A DNA stretch of 64,000 bases from an uncultured delta proteobacterium. GTDB taxonomy: Bacteria > Desulfobacterota > RBG-13-43-22. Below, piece by piece: positions 31,196 through 40,224 of this stretch; position 1 is the stretch's first letter, and each line of letters opens with the position of its first letter. A program made the translations under genes and the position numbers. The stretch spans positions 1,216,001-1,280,000 of the forward strand of contig CAWBOS010000010.1 of assembly GCA_963790475.1 (NCBI GenBank). The letters are read 5' to 3'. The notes under the pieces are model-generated. The model was not told the origin of the DNA, did no database searches, and saw only the letters and a program-made list of their open reading frames with translations.

Positions 31196-31918
31196 ATGCC
31201 CATTTTAAGAACGACTGGATTAACCAGACAATTTGGCGGGCTGACCGCGTTAGAGGATATCAGCCTGGAGATCGATGAAAAGGAAATCGTTGGCGTCATC
31301 GGGCCGAACGGCGCCGGTAAATCAACCTTTACCAATGTCGTAGCCGGGGTTTATTTGCCGACGTCAGGTAAGATTGAATTTAAAGGCCGGGATATTTCCA
31401 TGACCGCGGCCCACACCCGCTGTCAGTTGGGCATATCCAGAACCTTCCAGCTTATGCGTCCGCTGCAGGGTTTAAACCTGATCGGGAATATCATGCTGGG
31501 CAGTATGTTCGGCAAGGGTCATTCTCAGAAGAAAGCACGGAACAATTCTCTGGAAATTTGTAAGTTTCTCGGTTTAGACAATGTGGAAAGATCGATTTCA
31601 GCCATGACGGCGCTGGAAATCAAAAAAATGGAAATTGCCCGGGCCCTGGCCACCGAGCCTTCTTTGTTATTCCTCGATGAAGTTATGTCCGGTCTTAATA
31701 AAGATGAAACCATGGAACTGATTGAAACGGTCCGCAAAATCAATCAGCGGGGGATGACTATAATCATTATTGAACACGTTATGCGAGTTATTCGGGAACT
31801 GACTCATCGGGTTGTGGTATTGGACTGGGGGCGCCTCCTGACCGAAGGTCCTTATGATAAGGTTTCTTCTGATCCGCGAGTAATTATTGCCTATCTTGGT
31901 GAGGAAGCAGAATGTTAG
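31196..31918 (+). CDS. livG: ABC ATPase, LivG-like
   Basis: [25 protein letters not shown]. Confidence 0.9.
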   Translation: MPILRTTGLTRQFGGLTALEDISLEIDEKEIVGVIGPNGAGKSTFTNVVAGVYLPTSGKIEFKGRDISMTAAHTRCQLGISRTFQLMRPLQGLNLIGNIMLGSMFGKGHSQKKARNNSLEICKFLGLDNVERSISAMTALEIKKMEIARALATEPSLLFLDEVMSGLNKDETMELIETVRKINQRGMTIIIIEHVMRVIRELTHRVVVLDWGRLLTEGPYDKVSSDPRVIIAYLGEEAEC

Positions 31919-32613
31919 AAGTTAAAAATTTGAATGTATTTTACGGAAAATTACAGATTCTTTGGGATCTATCCATGCAGGTCGGTGATGAATCGGTAGG
32001 CTTATTCGGGCCAAATGGCGCCGGAAAAACAACACTAATTAACACTATTCTCGGGCTGGTCAAACCGGTCAGCGGCCTCATTACCTTAGACGGTGAGTCG
32101 CTGGTAAGGCTGGAAACAGACAAGATTATCAAGATGGGAATTTCCATCGTTCCCCAGGATAGAGAATTGTTCCCTTTCATGACCGTTGAAGAAAATTTGC
32201 GTGCCGGCAACGCTTACATACCCAGGGCCCGGAAGAAGTATCAGGAGCGTTTGGAATTTGTCTTCGAGATGTTTCCCGCCCTCAAAGACCGCTTAACGCA
32301 ACCGGCCGGAAGTTTAAGCGGCGGTCAGCAGAGAATGGTGGCCATAGGAAGGGCCTTAATGGCCGATCCCAAGGTTTTGATTCTTGATGAGCCCTCCAGC
32401 GGATTGCAGCCATCGATAGTTACGGAAGTGTTTCACCAGTTAAAGGACATCAAGAAATCGGTATCCGTTCTGGTTACGGAGCAGAATGTTCGCCAGGCCC
32501 TAAAGGCAATCGACCGAGGCTATATATTGGAAAACGGTAAAATAGCCATGGCCGATACAGCCCAAAATCTTGCCGGAAACGATCACATCCGAAAATCTTA
32601 CTTGGGAATTTAG
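31912..32613 (+). CDS. livF: ABC ATPase, LivF-like
   Basis: GPNGAGKTT, LSGGQQRM, LDEPSSGL. Confidence 0.9.
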   Translation: MLEVKNLNVFYGKLQILWDLSMQVGDESVGLFGPNGAGKTTLINTILGLVKPVSGLITLDGESLVRLETDKIIKMGISIVPQDRELFPFMTVEENLRAGNAYIPRARKKYQERLEFVFEMFPALKDRLTQPAGSLSGGQQRMVAIGRALMADPKVLILDEPSSGLQPSIVTEVFHQLKDIKKSVSVLVTEQNVRQALKAIDRGYILENGKIAMADTAQNLAGNDHIRKSYLGI

Positions 32614-32670
32614 TTCGGCTATAATTCTCTCCGCGATCTTTGTGTCGGCGGTTAAAAAGGAGATCCTCCC

Positions 32671-33525
32671 ATGTCGGAACCAACCATGAAAAAAGTCAGT
32701 GGAGACGGGATCAAAATTCAATTGGCCCTTTGGGGAAATACCGGGAAACCAATTCTCTGCCTTCACGGCATCACCGCCAACTGTCGATCCTGGGATTGCC
32801 TGGCTTCCACCCTCTCTCCCCATCACCGGGTAATGGCCATGGATCTTCGAGGAAGAGGGCTTTCGGATAAACCGCCGAGCGGATATTCCATAGATCACCA
32901 CTGTCGAGATATCCTGGCGGTTATTGATGATCTTGGTTTGGAACGTGTAGTTCTCATGGGCCACTCCCTGGGGGCCTTCATTGCCCTCGTTTTTGCCGCC
33001 CAAAATCCCGAGAGAATGGATCGGCTGATCCTGGTGGACGGCGGAGGCAAACTTTCCGAAACTCAATCAACCAAGGTTTTCGCCGGGATTAAACCGGCCT
33101 TGGATCGTCTGGGACAGGTCTTTCCTTCTGCAGAGGCCTACCTGTCCCGGATGCGGGAAGCCCCCTATCTGCAGCCCTGGAATACCTATCTGGAAAACTA
33201 TGTTCGCTACGAAATTGAAGGGATCGAGGGGGGCATAAGGGTAAACATTGATCCCAAACATATTGAAGAAGAAGCTATCAATTTGGGGAAAGTGGATTCA
33301 AGCGGATTCTATTCCCAAATAAAGGTCCCAACCCTGATTTTACGGGCCGCTAATGGATTATTGGCCGAAGACGATCTTTTGCTACCGGAAGACGTCATCG
33401 ACCGAATGGTTCGTGAAATACCCGATGCCCGGCGGATAGATATAGAGGGAACCAATCATTATTCCATCCTTTTCCAACCCAATGCTCATCGTGACCGGGC
33501 CATTCTTGATTTCTTAAAGACCTGA
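32671..33525 (+). CDS. Alpha/beta hydrolase (esterase/lactonase-like)
   Basis: LHGIT, DLRGRG, GHSLG, NHY. Confidence 0.9.
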   Translation: MSEPTMKKVSGDGIKIQLALWGNTGKPILCLHGITANCRSWDCLASTLSPHHRVMAMDLRGRGLSDKPPSGYSIDHHCRDILAVIDDLGLERVVLMGHSLGAFIALVFAAQNPERMDRLILVDGGGKLSETQSTKVFAGIKPALDRLGQVFPSAEAYLSRMREAPYLQPWNTYLENYVRYEIEGIEGGIRVNIDPKHIEEEAINLGKVDSSGFYSQIKVPTLILRAANGLLAEDDLLLPEDVIDRMVREIPDARRIDIEGTNHYSILFQPNAHRDRAILDFLKT

Positions 33526-33635
33526 TGCCTAACTCCCCTTTTGGGCATTCCGGAGAAAGGCAAAACCCGCTTTGTCATGTGGGCAGTTGCCGAATTTTTA
33601 CCAGTGGCAGGAGAAATACCCTCTTTTTGTTTAAC

Positions 33636-33665
33636 TTGACATAATGAGCTGTTTTCCTATATTAT
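33636..33665 (+). promoter_or_regulatory. Putative sigma70 promoter
   Basis: TTGACA at 33636 with TATATT/TATTAT 16-18 bp downstream. Confidence 0.5.
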
Positions 33666-33834
33666 CCTAGTTTGAAGGGCTGTTATCATCCCATCCTTCT
33701 CCTGAGAGAAAAGTTTGGGATGGAAGGCCGATACGTCCCGGCACCGGAGCGCTGTTCGGCACTCCAGTTTTTTCATCAAGGCAGGTTCATTTTTCAGCCG
33801 TTCGAAATCCAATTATTCCAGGAGAGGTTTATTA

Positions 33835-35247
33835 ATGTCCAATCATCCACTGGAGGAGATCCTCCATCCGAAATCCATTGCCGTTGTCGGCGCATCCGAT
33901 ACCGGTCGGGGGGGTAGATTTCTTACTCCCCTTCAAGAGCAGGGATACCAGGGTCAAATATATCCTGTGAATCCAAAATACAGCCTGGTCTGCGGGCTGC
34001 CGGCTTATTCCAGGGTCAGGGACATACCTGGGCCGGTGGATTATGTCATCTCTTCCATCCCCGCCCACCAAATTCTGGATCTGGTCGAAGACTGCGGTCA
34101 AAAAGGGGTCAAGGGACTTCATCTTTTCACCGCCCGTTTCAGCGAAACCGGCAGAAAAGAGGCGGCCGATCTGGAGATGGAGATATTAAGGCGGGCCCGG
34201 AAATACGGCCTGCGCATCATCGGGCCGAATTGCATGGGGGTCTATTATCCCAGGGAAGGCATTGCCTTTAACAGCGGCATGCCCAGTGAATCCGGAAAGG
34301 TCGCCTTGATCTCCCAAAGCGGCCAGGTGGTCGGTGAGATGGTCAGTTTCGCCGGTCAGCAAGGGGTTCGATTCAGCAAAGCCATCAGCTACGGCAATGC
34401 CCTGGACTTCAACGAGTGTGATTTTTTGGAATATTTTGCCCAGGACCTGGAGACGGAAGTCATTCTCATGTACATCGAAGGGGTAAGGGACGCCCAAAGG
34501 TTCCCCGCTTCCCTGCGTCAGGCGGCATCGGTCAAACCGGTCCTTATTGTCAAGGGAGGACGGGGCCAGGCCGGAAACCGGGCCACGGTTTCCCACACGG
34601 CCTCTATGGCCGGTTCACAGCAGATTTGGGAGGCCGTGGTCAGACAGGCCGGAGCGATCAGTGTCAAAAATCTTGAAGATATGGTGGACCTGGCCATGGC
34701 TTTTAATTTTCTGCCCCCGGCCACAGGCCGAAAACTGGCGGTCCTCGGTGGAAGCGGCGGCAGCAGCGTCCTGGCTGCCGATCAATGCGAAGAGGCCGGT
34801 TTAGAGGTCATCCCCCTTCCCCAGGATCTACGTGAAAAACTAAAGAAAGCCCACAACCCCATTTGGGACTGGATTGGGAATCCGGCCGATTTTTCTATCT
34901 CCATGGGAGATCATGATCTAGCTTTCCAAATAGGGCAACTCATGGTGGATCATCCGGCCTTTGAGGTAATCATGACCTTTGTTCATGGACCCTGGGGCAG
35001 GCGAACGAAATATTTTTCGACTGAAGATCACCTTCTTCAATATAAATTTGCCATCCAATCCGCCAAACCGACTGTCTTCGTATATCAAGATTTGCGCGGA
35101 CAGGAGAAGGACGATCCGGAATTAGACAGAATAAGGCTGGAAATCAAGGGAAAATTAATTGAAAAGAATCTGGCGGTTTATCCTACCATCAACCGGGCCG
35201 CCAGGGCCCTCAGCGGGTTCATCGGTTACTATGAAAATAGGAAATAA
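33835..35247 (+). CDS. NDP-forming acyl-CoA synthetase alpha subunit (CoA-binding protein)
   Basis: PKSIAVVGAS, YPVNP, IIGPNCMG, SQSG, phospho-His segment SHTASMAG. ATG 33835 after GGAGAGG. Confidence 0.9.
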   Translation: MSNHPLEEILHPKSIAVVGASDTGRGGRFLTPLQEQGYQGQIYPVNPKYSLVCGLPAYSRVRDIPGPVDYVISSIPAHQILDLVEDCGQKGVKGLHLFTARFSETGRKEAADLEMEILRRARKYGLRIIGPNCMGVYYPREGIAFNSGMPSESGKVALISQSGQVVGEMVSFAGQQGVRFSKAISYGNALDFNECDFLEYFAQDLETEVILMYIEGVRDAQRFPASLRQAASVKPVLIVKGGRGQAGNRATVSHTASMAGSQQIWEAVVRQAGAISVKNLEDMVDLAMAFNFLPPATGRKLAVLGGSGGSSVLAADQCEEAGLEVIPLPQDLREKLKKAHNPIWDWIGNPADFSISMGDHDLAFQIGQLMVDHPAFEVIMTFVHGPWGRRTKYFSTEDHLLQYKFAIQSAKPTVFVYQDLRGQEKDDPELDRIRLEIKGKLIEKNLAVYPTINRAARALSGFIGYYENRK

Positions 35248-35493
35248 GAATTAACTCTTCCCGGAATTAATTAAGGGTCAAACCAGTCCATCCCAATTAG
35301 GGGGCTTTCGGCGTTATTTCGACCGCATCAGCAATCCGCTTCTTCGCGGCAATTAAGACTGCCTGATTTTGCCGTGGAGACTACTTAGGGGTGAGTCTCC
35401 CTAAGTGAATAACGCCTGGCCCACTCCCTGTTTTTCTCCGGTTGTCTTCCAACCTTTTTTCCATCCACCCCAATCTATAGTTTATTCGTTATT

Positions 35494-35539
35494 AAAATAC
35501 TGTATTTTCTGGTGAAAAATTACGGTTTTCCGGTATTCC
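35494..35539 (+). promoter_or_regulatory. Conserved 46-bp upstream motif, copy A
   Basis: AAAATACTGTATTTTCTGGTGAAAAATTACGGTTTTCCGGTATTCC; ungapped matches at 38351-38396 (-) and 61771-61816 (+). Confidence 0.75.
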
Positions 35540-35586
35540 ATTCATGGCCTGGCTCCGTTATTCTTTCGGCTAAAGGAGACCAGACC

Positions 35587-35865
35587 ATGAACGGACATGT
35601 CAAGATCCTACATATTGATCCCGATTACCGAATCAACTATTTCATTTTTCGCCCGCGATTGTCCATCAGGACCTCAGTTCCCCTGCCGACAGCGATTGAA
35701 TTATTGAAAACAATTGATTTTGATATGATTCTATCGGAACCGCATGACAAGGTCATTCTGAAAGGGCAACAACATACCCTTAAATCCAGAATCATTAGGG
35801 GTGATAAATCCATGGAGAACGACCTTGGCGATCTCAGGAAAGTCCGCTCCAATCGATTTATCTAA
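35587..35865 (+). CDS. Small protein resembling the N-terminal half of a receiver domain; paralog of 61863-62147
   Basis: AAGGAG RBS; KILHID...AIELLK..DFDMILSE; 38/59 identical to the paralog over the N-terminal part (hand count). Confidence 0.8.
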   Translation: MNGHVKILHIDPDYRINYFIFRPRLSIRTSVPLPTAIELLKTIDFDMILSEPHDKVILKGQQHTLKSRIIRGDKSMENDLGDLRKVRSNRFI

Positions 35866-35879
35866 AGAGGGAGGGTTCT

Positions 35880-36071
35880 ATGAAACAAGATTTATTCGGC
35901 GACATTGTAAATTTGTACGACCAGACCTTTAAATTTTTAGAGGAGGAAGGAATTGCGGATAACCCAGCGGCCCCCGGTCCGACCCGCACCGAGTACCAAA
36001 ATACCTTCCGAACCGTACCTGAAAAGTATCACTTAAAGGACAACCTCTTACTCCTCCTGAAGGATGTCTGA
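35880..36071 (+). CDS. Hypothetical small protein
   Basis: 63-aa ORF with GGAGG RBS, 14 bp after the previous stop. Confidence 0.6.
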   Translation: MKQDLFGDIVNLYDQTFKFLEEEGIADNPAAPGPTRTEYQNTFRTVPEKYHLKDNLLLLLKDV

Positions 36072-36149
36072 GGCTGGGCAGGGAATTTCCCCTAAGGGTT
36101 AATTACCGAATGTTAGCTCTATATTAAATCAAAAACAAGGAGGCAGCTT

Positions 36150-36488
36150 ATGGCTCAAACTTTGGAATGTAACGATCTGGTGTGTTGTGTCAGTGATGCT
36201 TGGGGAGTCTTCATGGATGGTCTGGAAAAGTCAATCCAGATGCTCGATGAAAAATTAACCGAAGCCGAACAAATGTCAGCTAAAGTCACCGGAGAATGGG
36301 CGGTGGCGATTGAACATGTCATGGATGACCTGGAAAATTTTGTTTTTTCCATCAGTGAGCCTCGCAATAGTTCCGAGGCTTATTCGAAGCGATTGAGAAA
36401 TCTCCGGCACAGGCTCCATGAACATTATGTACGTTTCAAGTCCATCAAGGAAACCAAGGGGCTGCAAGTATATTCCCCTGCGGCCTGA
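36150..36488 (+). CDS. Hypothetical helical protein
   Basis: AAGGAGG RBS; 112 aa; IEHVMDDL...FSISEPR segment. Confidence 0.75.
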   Translation: MAQTLECNDLVCCVSDAWGVFMDGLEKSIQMLDEKLTEAEQMSAKVTGEWAVAIEHVMDDLENFVFSISEPRNSSEAYSKRLRNLRHRLHEHYVRFKSIKETKGLQVYSPAA

Positions 36489-36523
36489 GTTGGAAAACCT
36501 TCGGAGAATAGGGGATAAGAAAA

Positions 36524-36844
36524 ATGGGAAGACGAGCCACAACCATCCAGGAATGGTTTTTATTGAACCAGGAGGAATTAATCCAATGCCCGTATCAAAT
36601 GGGCAACCTCAAGATCACCAGATCTTCCTGCCTTAAGCAGCGCCGGAGATCCGGAGAATGGGTATATGGAACCACAACTGATAACTTTACCCTCTTTTCT
36701 TTTGAAAATCACCTCAAGGTTTGTCGTCAATGCGATCAAATGAAACCCGGAGAATCCGACCCGGGTCCTACCATTCTCCGGCACCGGAAGACCGCTCGAA
36801 CTCCTGGAAGCCCTTATAGGCAAAAGGAACCAGCGAGAATGTGA
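36524..36844 (+). CDS. Hypothetical Cys-containing protein
   Basis: 106 aa with CPY, SC and CRQC cysteines; follows the previous gene. Confidence 0.65.
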   Translation: MGRRATTIQEWFLLNQEELIQCPYQMGNLKITRSSCLKQRRRSGEWVYGTTTDNFTLFSFENHLKVCRQCDQMKPGESDPGPTILRHRKTARTPGSPYRQKEPARM

Positions 36845-37049
36845 TGAATTGAGAGTAAGATTCCTCGTCTTGCTCCGGATAATATAATCCCGATGTCCTG
36901 GGTTTTTATTCGGCCTCAAATAGGGTTGATACGCCCTTCCATCAGGCGTCGACGCCTTACTTTTTTCCAAGGTAAAAGAATGCGGAAGGAAGGCCTTCGG
37001 GCCTCACCGGGTGGTCTTCCCGGAGGGACCCGTCTTGGGGATGAGACAC

Positions 37050-37088
37050 GGCCGAAGCAGCCGGATAAACCGCTTCGGCCAGCCTTTT
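37050..37088. terminator. Hairpin between convergent genes
   Basis: GGCCGAAGC...GCTTCGGCC followed by AGCCTTTT. Confidence 0.55.
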
Positions 37089-37092
37089 GGGA

Positions 37093-37776
37093 TTATGATT
37101 TTTCCTTTCTCCGACGAGCCTCTTTCAGGATTTCCAGCATCTCCTGATCACTGACCTGTTCGAAGTTCCGGTAAAACTGTCCTACCGCCCTGAAATCGGG
37201 GGGTAGCCGAAGACATAGGGTTTCATCCGCCTCCTCGGCCAGCTGACTGACCGAATCCGCCGGACCGACCGGGAGAGCAAGAAACAACCTGGCCGGGCCC
37301 TCGAAGCGGGCCGCACGGATAGCAGTCAGTGTGGTAGCTCCGGTCGCCACCCCATCATCAGTAATAACAACCTGATGGTTTTCGAGAGGTACCCTGGGCA
37401 ATATCTGACGAATTTTCTCCGCCCGGCAGTTCAATTCATTTAGCTGAATAGCCTTCTCCTGCTCAATCTGGTTAACGCTGATGCCCAGCAGGCGAACGAT
37501 CTCGGGATCAACAAAGGTAATGCCGCCTTCGGCAACAGCCCCCATGGCCACTTCAGGCTGGCCCGGCGTCCTCAATTTATGAGACAGGATCACATCCAGA
37601 TGGCCGTCCAAAGCCAGAGCCAGTTCACGGGCGGGAATAATTCCCCCCCGGGGGATGCCCAAGACGACTACCTTCTGTCCCCGCAGGAAATCGAATTCCC
37701 GCGCCAGAAGGCGGCCGGCCTCTATCCGATTTAAAAAAGGTTCGCTGCCATAAGAGACGATACGCAGCTTTCCCAT
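37093..37776 (-). CDS. Phosphoribosyltransferase-family protein (Rv0571c/Rv2030c N-terminal type)
   Basis: F.NR.EAGR.LA, LGIPRGG, PRPP loop ITDDGVATGAT, AVGQFY..FEQVSD. Confidence 0.9.
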   Translation of the reverse strand: MGKLRIVSYGSEPFLNRIEAGRLLAREFDFLRGQKVVVLGIPRGGIIPARELALALDGHLDVILSHKLRTPGQPEVAMGAVAEGGITFVDPEIVRLLGISVNQIEQEKAIQLNELNCRAEKIRQILPRVPLENHQVVITDDGVATGATTLTAIRAARFEGPARLFLALPVGPADSVSQLAEEADETLCLRLPPDFRAVGQFYRNFEQVSDQEMLEILKEARRRKEKS

Positions 37777-37785
37777 AGCGGTCAG

Positions 37786-38235
37786 CTAACCTTCAATCTT
37801 TATCTGTTTGGTTTCGGTCACTTTTTTTTGGGGCATGGTCAGTCTCAATACCCCATTTTTGAAATTGGCCTGCACCTTCCCCTCATCGATTTCACCGGGT
37901 AGCCGGAGGCTCCTGGAGAAAGAACCGTAAGACGATTCCAGCAAATAGTAATTCGCCTTCTTTTCCTCAACCTTGGATTCCTTTTTCCCGCTGACTGTCA
38001 CCACATTCTTGTCAATCGTCACCGAGATGTTGTCCTTGTCCACTCCCGGGATTTCGGCCTCCAACTTGTAATTCCCCTCTTCCTCATAAAAGTTGAAGGT
38101 TGGGACCCATTCTTCCCCTTTCATCCTCTGCCATACCGGGAAGAGGCGATCCGACCAGACATCCCCCGCGGCTTCATCCCCCCAGGGTGACATCCACCAC
38201 GGCCTTCTCTCTTTCTTAAGCAACGGCATATTCAT
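37786..38235 (-). CDS. Hsp20/alpha-crystallin small heat-shock protein
   Basis: AEIPGV, YGSFSRSLRLP, ANFKNGVLRLTMP. AAGGAG RBS. Confidence 0.95.
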   Translation of the reverse strand: MNMPLLKKERRPWWMSPWGDEAAGDVWSDRLFPVWQRMKGEEWVPTFNFYEEEGNYKLEAEIPGVDKDNISVTIDKNVVTVSGKKESKVEEKKANYYLLESSYGSFSRSLRLPGEIDEGKVQANFKNGVLRLTMPQKKVTETKQIKIEG

Positions 38236-38350
38236 GATCCTTCCTCCTTTTTAAAATTGTTTTTAATCCTTTGGAACCTTTCGATTTCAAATGACAAAGA
38301 TCCCTCTTATCCAGATTATGAAAAAAATATGACTCTTATTGATTAAAAAA

Positions 38351-38396
38351 GGAATAACGCCAATTCATAATTTTTCTATGAGAAACACAGTATTTT
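38351..38396 (-). promoter_or_regulatory. Conserved 46-bp upstream motif, copy C (upstream of Hsp20)
   Basis: Minus strand AAAATACTGTGTTTCTCATAGAAAAATTATGAATTGGCGTTATTCC. Confidence 0.7.
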
Positions 38397-38659
38397 AATG
38401 GAATATTAGTAGTACGACCAAGTGTTGAATCCATTGCCATTACCAACTGTGAGATGAGGTGGTTGTCCGCCCCTTTGGTGTACCGGTTTCATCTTTGACA
38501 CGGCCTGGAGTTGTTCATCTTATGGAAGAAACCCGGATTTTTGCTTTTGCCCTTTGCGACGGAGGCCGTTCAGGCACGCCCTTCACCCTAAGCTTTTAGA
38601 ACGGCGTATAGATCGTCTCACCTTTTTCATAGGTCTCTCCTTGGTTAGATATTCGACGA

Positions 38660-39463
38660 TTATTTGCTTCCTACGGCCTTGAAAAAAGTATAACAGAACA
38701 CGCCGTCAGCCTCGGCCGTTCGATATAAGTCCCTAATTCCTCGTTCAAAAACATGCGGTTCAATCATTCCGGCCTTGATGGCCGATTCGCGGATACCCTC
38801 GGTCATAGCCGTAAAAGTCTTCTTGGTGAATCCTTCGACCAGCTCAGGTTTGCTGGAATCAACGTAAACCATTCGAGGAGAGACTCGAACGGAATTAAAA
38901 CCTGCTTGTTGTAACAGCGGATACAGTTCTCTCCCAATCATGGCGTTGCCACCGGCCCGCTGTTGCAGTTCAACCTGGCAAAGAATCGCTTTATGGGCGG
39001 CTTCGCTGTCCGGATAAAAATAGACCGAGCCGTGGTCCCCTTCGATGACCGTGATCGTGCCGCCTTCCCTCAAATAATCTTTCAAGATGGAGAGGGCCTG
39101 AACTGGCCGGGAGAGATGTTCCAGGACGAAACAGATGAAAATATGGTCGAAGGACTCCGGCCCATAAGGTAAATTGAAAATATCCGCCTGTTCAAATTTA
39201 ACATTCGTCAAACCGGCCGCCGCCCCTTTTTCCCTGGCTTCAGCAAGGGAGGTCTCGGAAATATCCACTGAAGTAATCAAGGCCATGGGGCTGTTCCGGG
39301 CCAGGGTAATCGTTTGGGCGCCAACGCCGCAACCGGCCTCCAGAACATGGCTTCCTGCTGGATAGGAGGTGTCGGAGTGCAGCAACTCGACTAAGGTTGT
39401 GGCCTGGTCTTGTAAACGCAGGTTTTCGCGGTGATCGTAACCGTGTACGTAAGCTTTGTTCAT
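38660..39463 (-). CDS. Class I SAM-dependent methyltransferase
   Basis: VLEAGCGVG motif I, FDHIFICFVLEH. Start moved to ATG 39463 (AGAGGA RBS). Confidence 0.9.
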   Translation of the reverse strand: MNKAYVHGYDHRENLRLQDQATTLVELLHSDTSYPAGSHVLEAGCGVGAQTITLARNSPMALITSVDISETSLAEAREKGAAAGLTNVKFEQADIFNLPYGPESFDHIFICFVLEHLSRPVQALSILKDYLREGGTITVIEGDHGSVYFYPDSEAAHKAILCQVELQQRAGGNAMIGRELYPLLQQAGFNSVRVSPRMVYVDSSKPELVEGFTKKTFTAMTEGIRESAIKAGMIEPHVFERGIRDLYRTAEADGVFCYTFFKAVGSK

Positions 39464-39478
39464 GCTTTCCTCTTTGGT

Positions 39479-39527
39479 GCTGAACAGGAGGCCTGCGGCT
39501 CGAGGCCGCTTGGGGGCATCGTTATAG
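39479..39527 (-). other. Short degenerate attC-like site
   Basis: Minus strand CTATAAC (holds the upstream stop)-gatgc-...GCGGC-ctcga-GCCGC...-ctcct-GTTCAGC, then RBS and ATG of the next gene. Confidence 0.4.
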
Positions 39528-40139
39528 GGTTCCTTCATGGGCTTCTTTGTCGGGGAATATGGAATCAATCATGGCCTTCACCTCATCAAGCCACTGCCTT
39601 CTTTGAGCCTCAGTGCTGGTAATAATCGCACTGAACGTCCGGCGGCGGAATACGGGGACGCCGCAAAGCCCGAAAACACAATTTTTCCAAATCGTTTCCA
39701 GAGGGTCTCCAAAAACGTTTTTCTCTCTTTCCGGTTCCGTGTTCGAGGTGTTGAATACAACGGCGGCCCTGGCCCGAAGTAGTCCGCTTGGTATGCCCTC
39801 CCCGGAGTCTCCTTCTACAAACTCGTAGGCGATTCCGGGACGAATCACCCGGTCGATCCAGCCTTTCAAGATAGCCGGGGGTTGACCCCACCAGTTGGGG
39901 TGGACCAGGATGATGCCCTCGGCTTCGCCAATCTCCTGACAATGCCTTTCAATTTCCCACGGCAAAGGGGCATCATAGGGGATCTCTTTCCCGGCCAGCA
40001 GGGGATCGAAGTTCTCGGCATAGAGGTCATGGAATAAAACCTTGTGCTTGTTCTTCTCCAGTTGCTCGACCACGGTTCGGGCAATGGCCTGGTTAAAACT
40101 GCCCTGATCGGGATGGGCGAGAATGACTGATATTTTCAA
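39522..40139 (-). CDS. Flavodoxin-fold NAD(P)H dehydrogenase (quinone)
   Basis: LAHP..SFN, HDLY...FDP, HPNWWGQPPAILKGWIDRV. Confidence 0.9.
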   Translation of the reverse strand: MKISVILAHPDQGSFNQAIARTVVEQLEKNKHKVLFHDLYAENFDPLLAGKEIPYDAPLPWEIERHCQEIGEAEGIILVHPNWWGQPPAILKGWIDRVIRPGIAYEFVEGDSGEGIPSGLLRARAAVVFNTSNTEPEREKNVFGDPLETIWKNCVFGLCGVPVFRRRTFSAIITSTEAQRRQWLDEVKAMIDSIFPDKEAHEGTL

Positions 40140-40224
40140 GACCGCTTCCGTTTTCCCATTTTTTTATAAAAGAGGATTCATTGTTTTTGAGATCCGGCCG
40201 GCCTATGCTATCCCGGCGTTCTGA

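Noticed and set aside
33715-33834. Longer starts from the ORF track (33715; also 18512, 29259, 35512, 39568)
   Set aside because: Downstream ATGs have clear RBSs and match where the family domains begin.
38410-38640. Possible IS110/IS1111 end or ncRNA at the left edge of the accessory block
   Set aside because: Only a vague resemblance; no transposase, partner end or clear fold.
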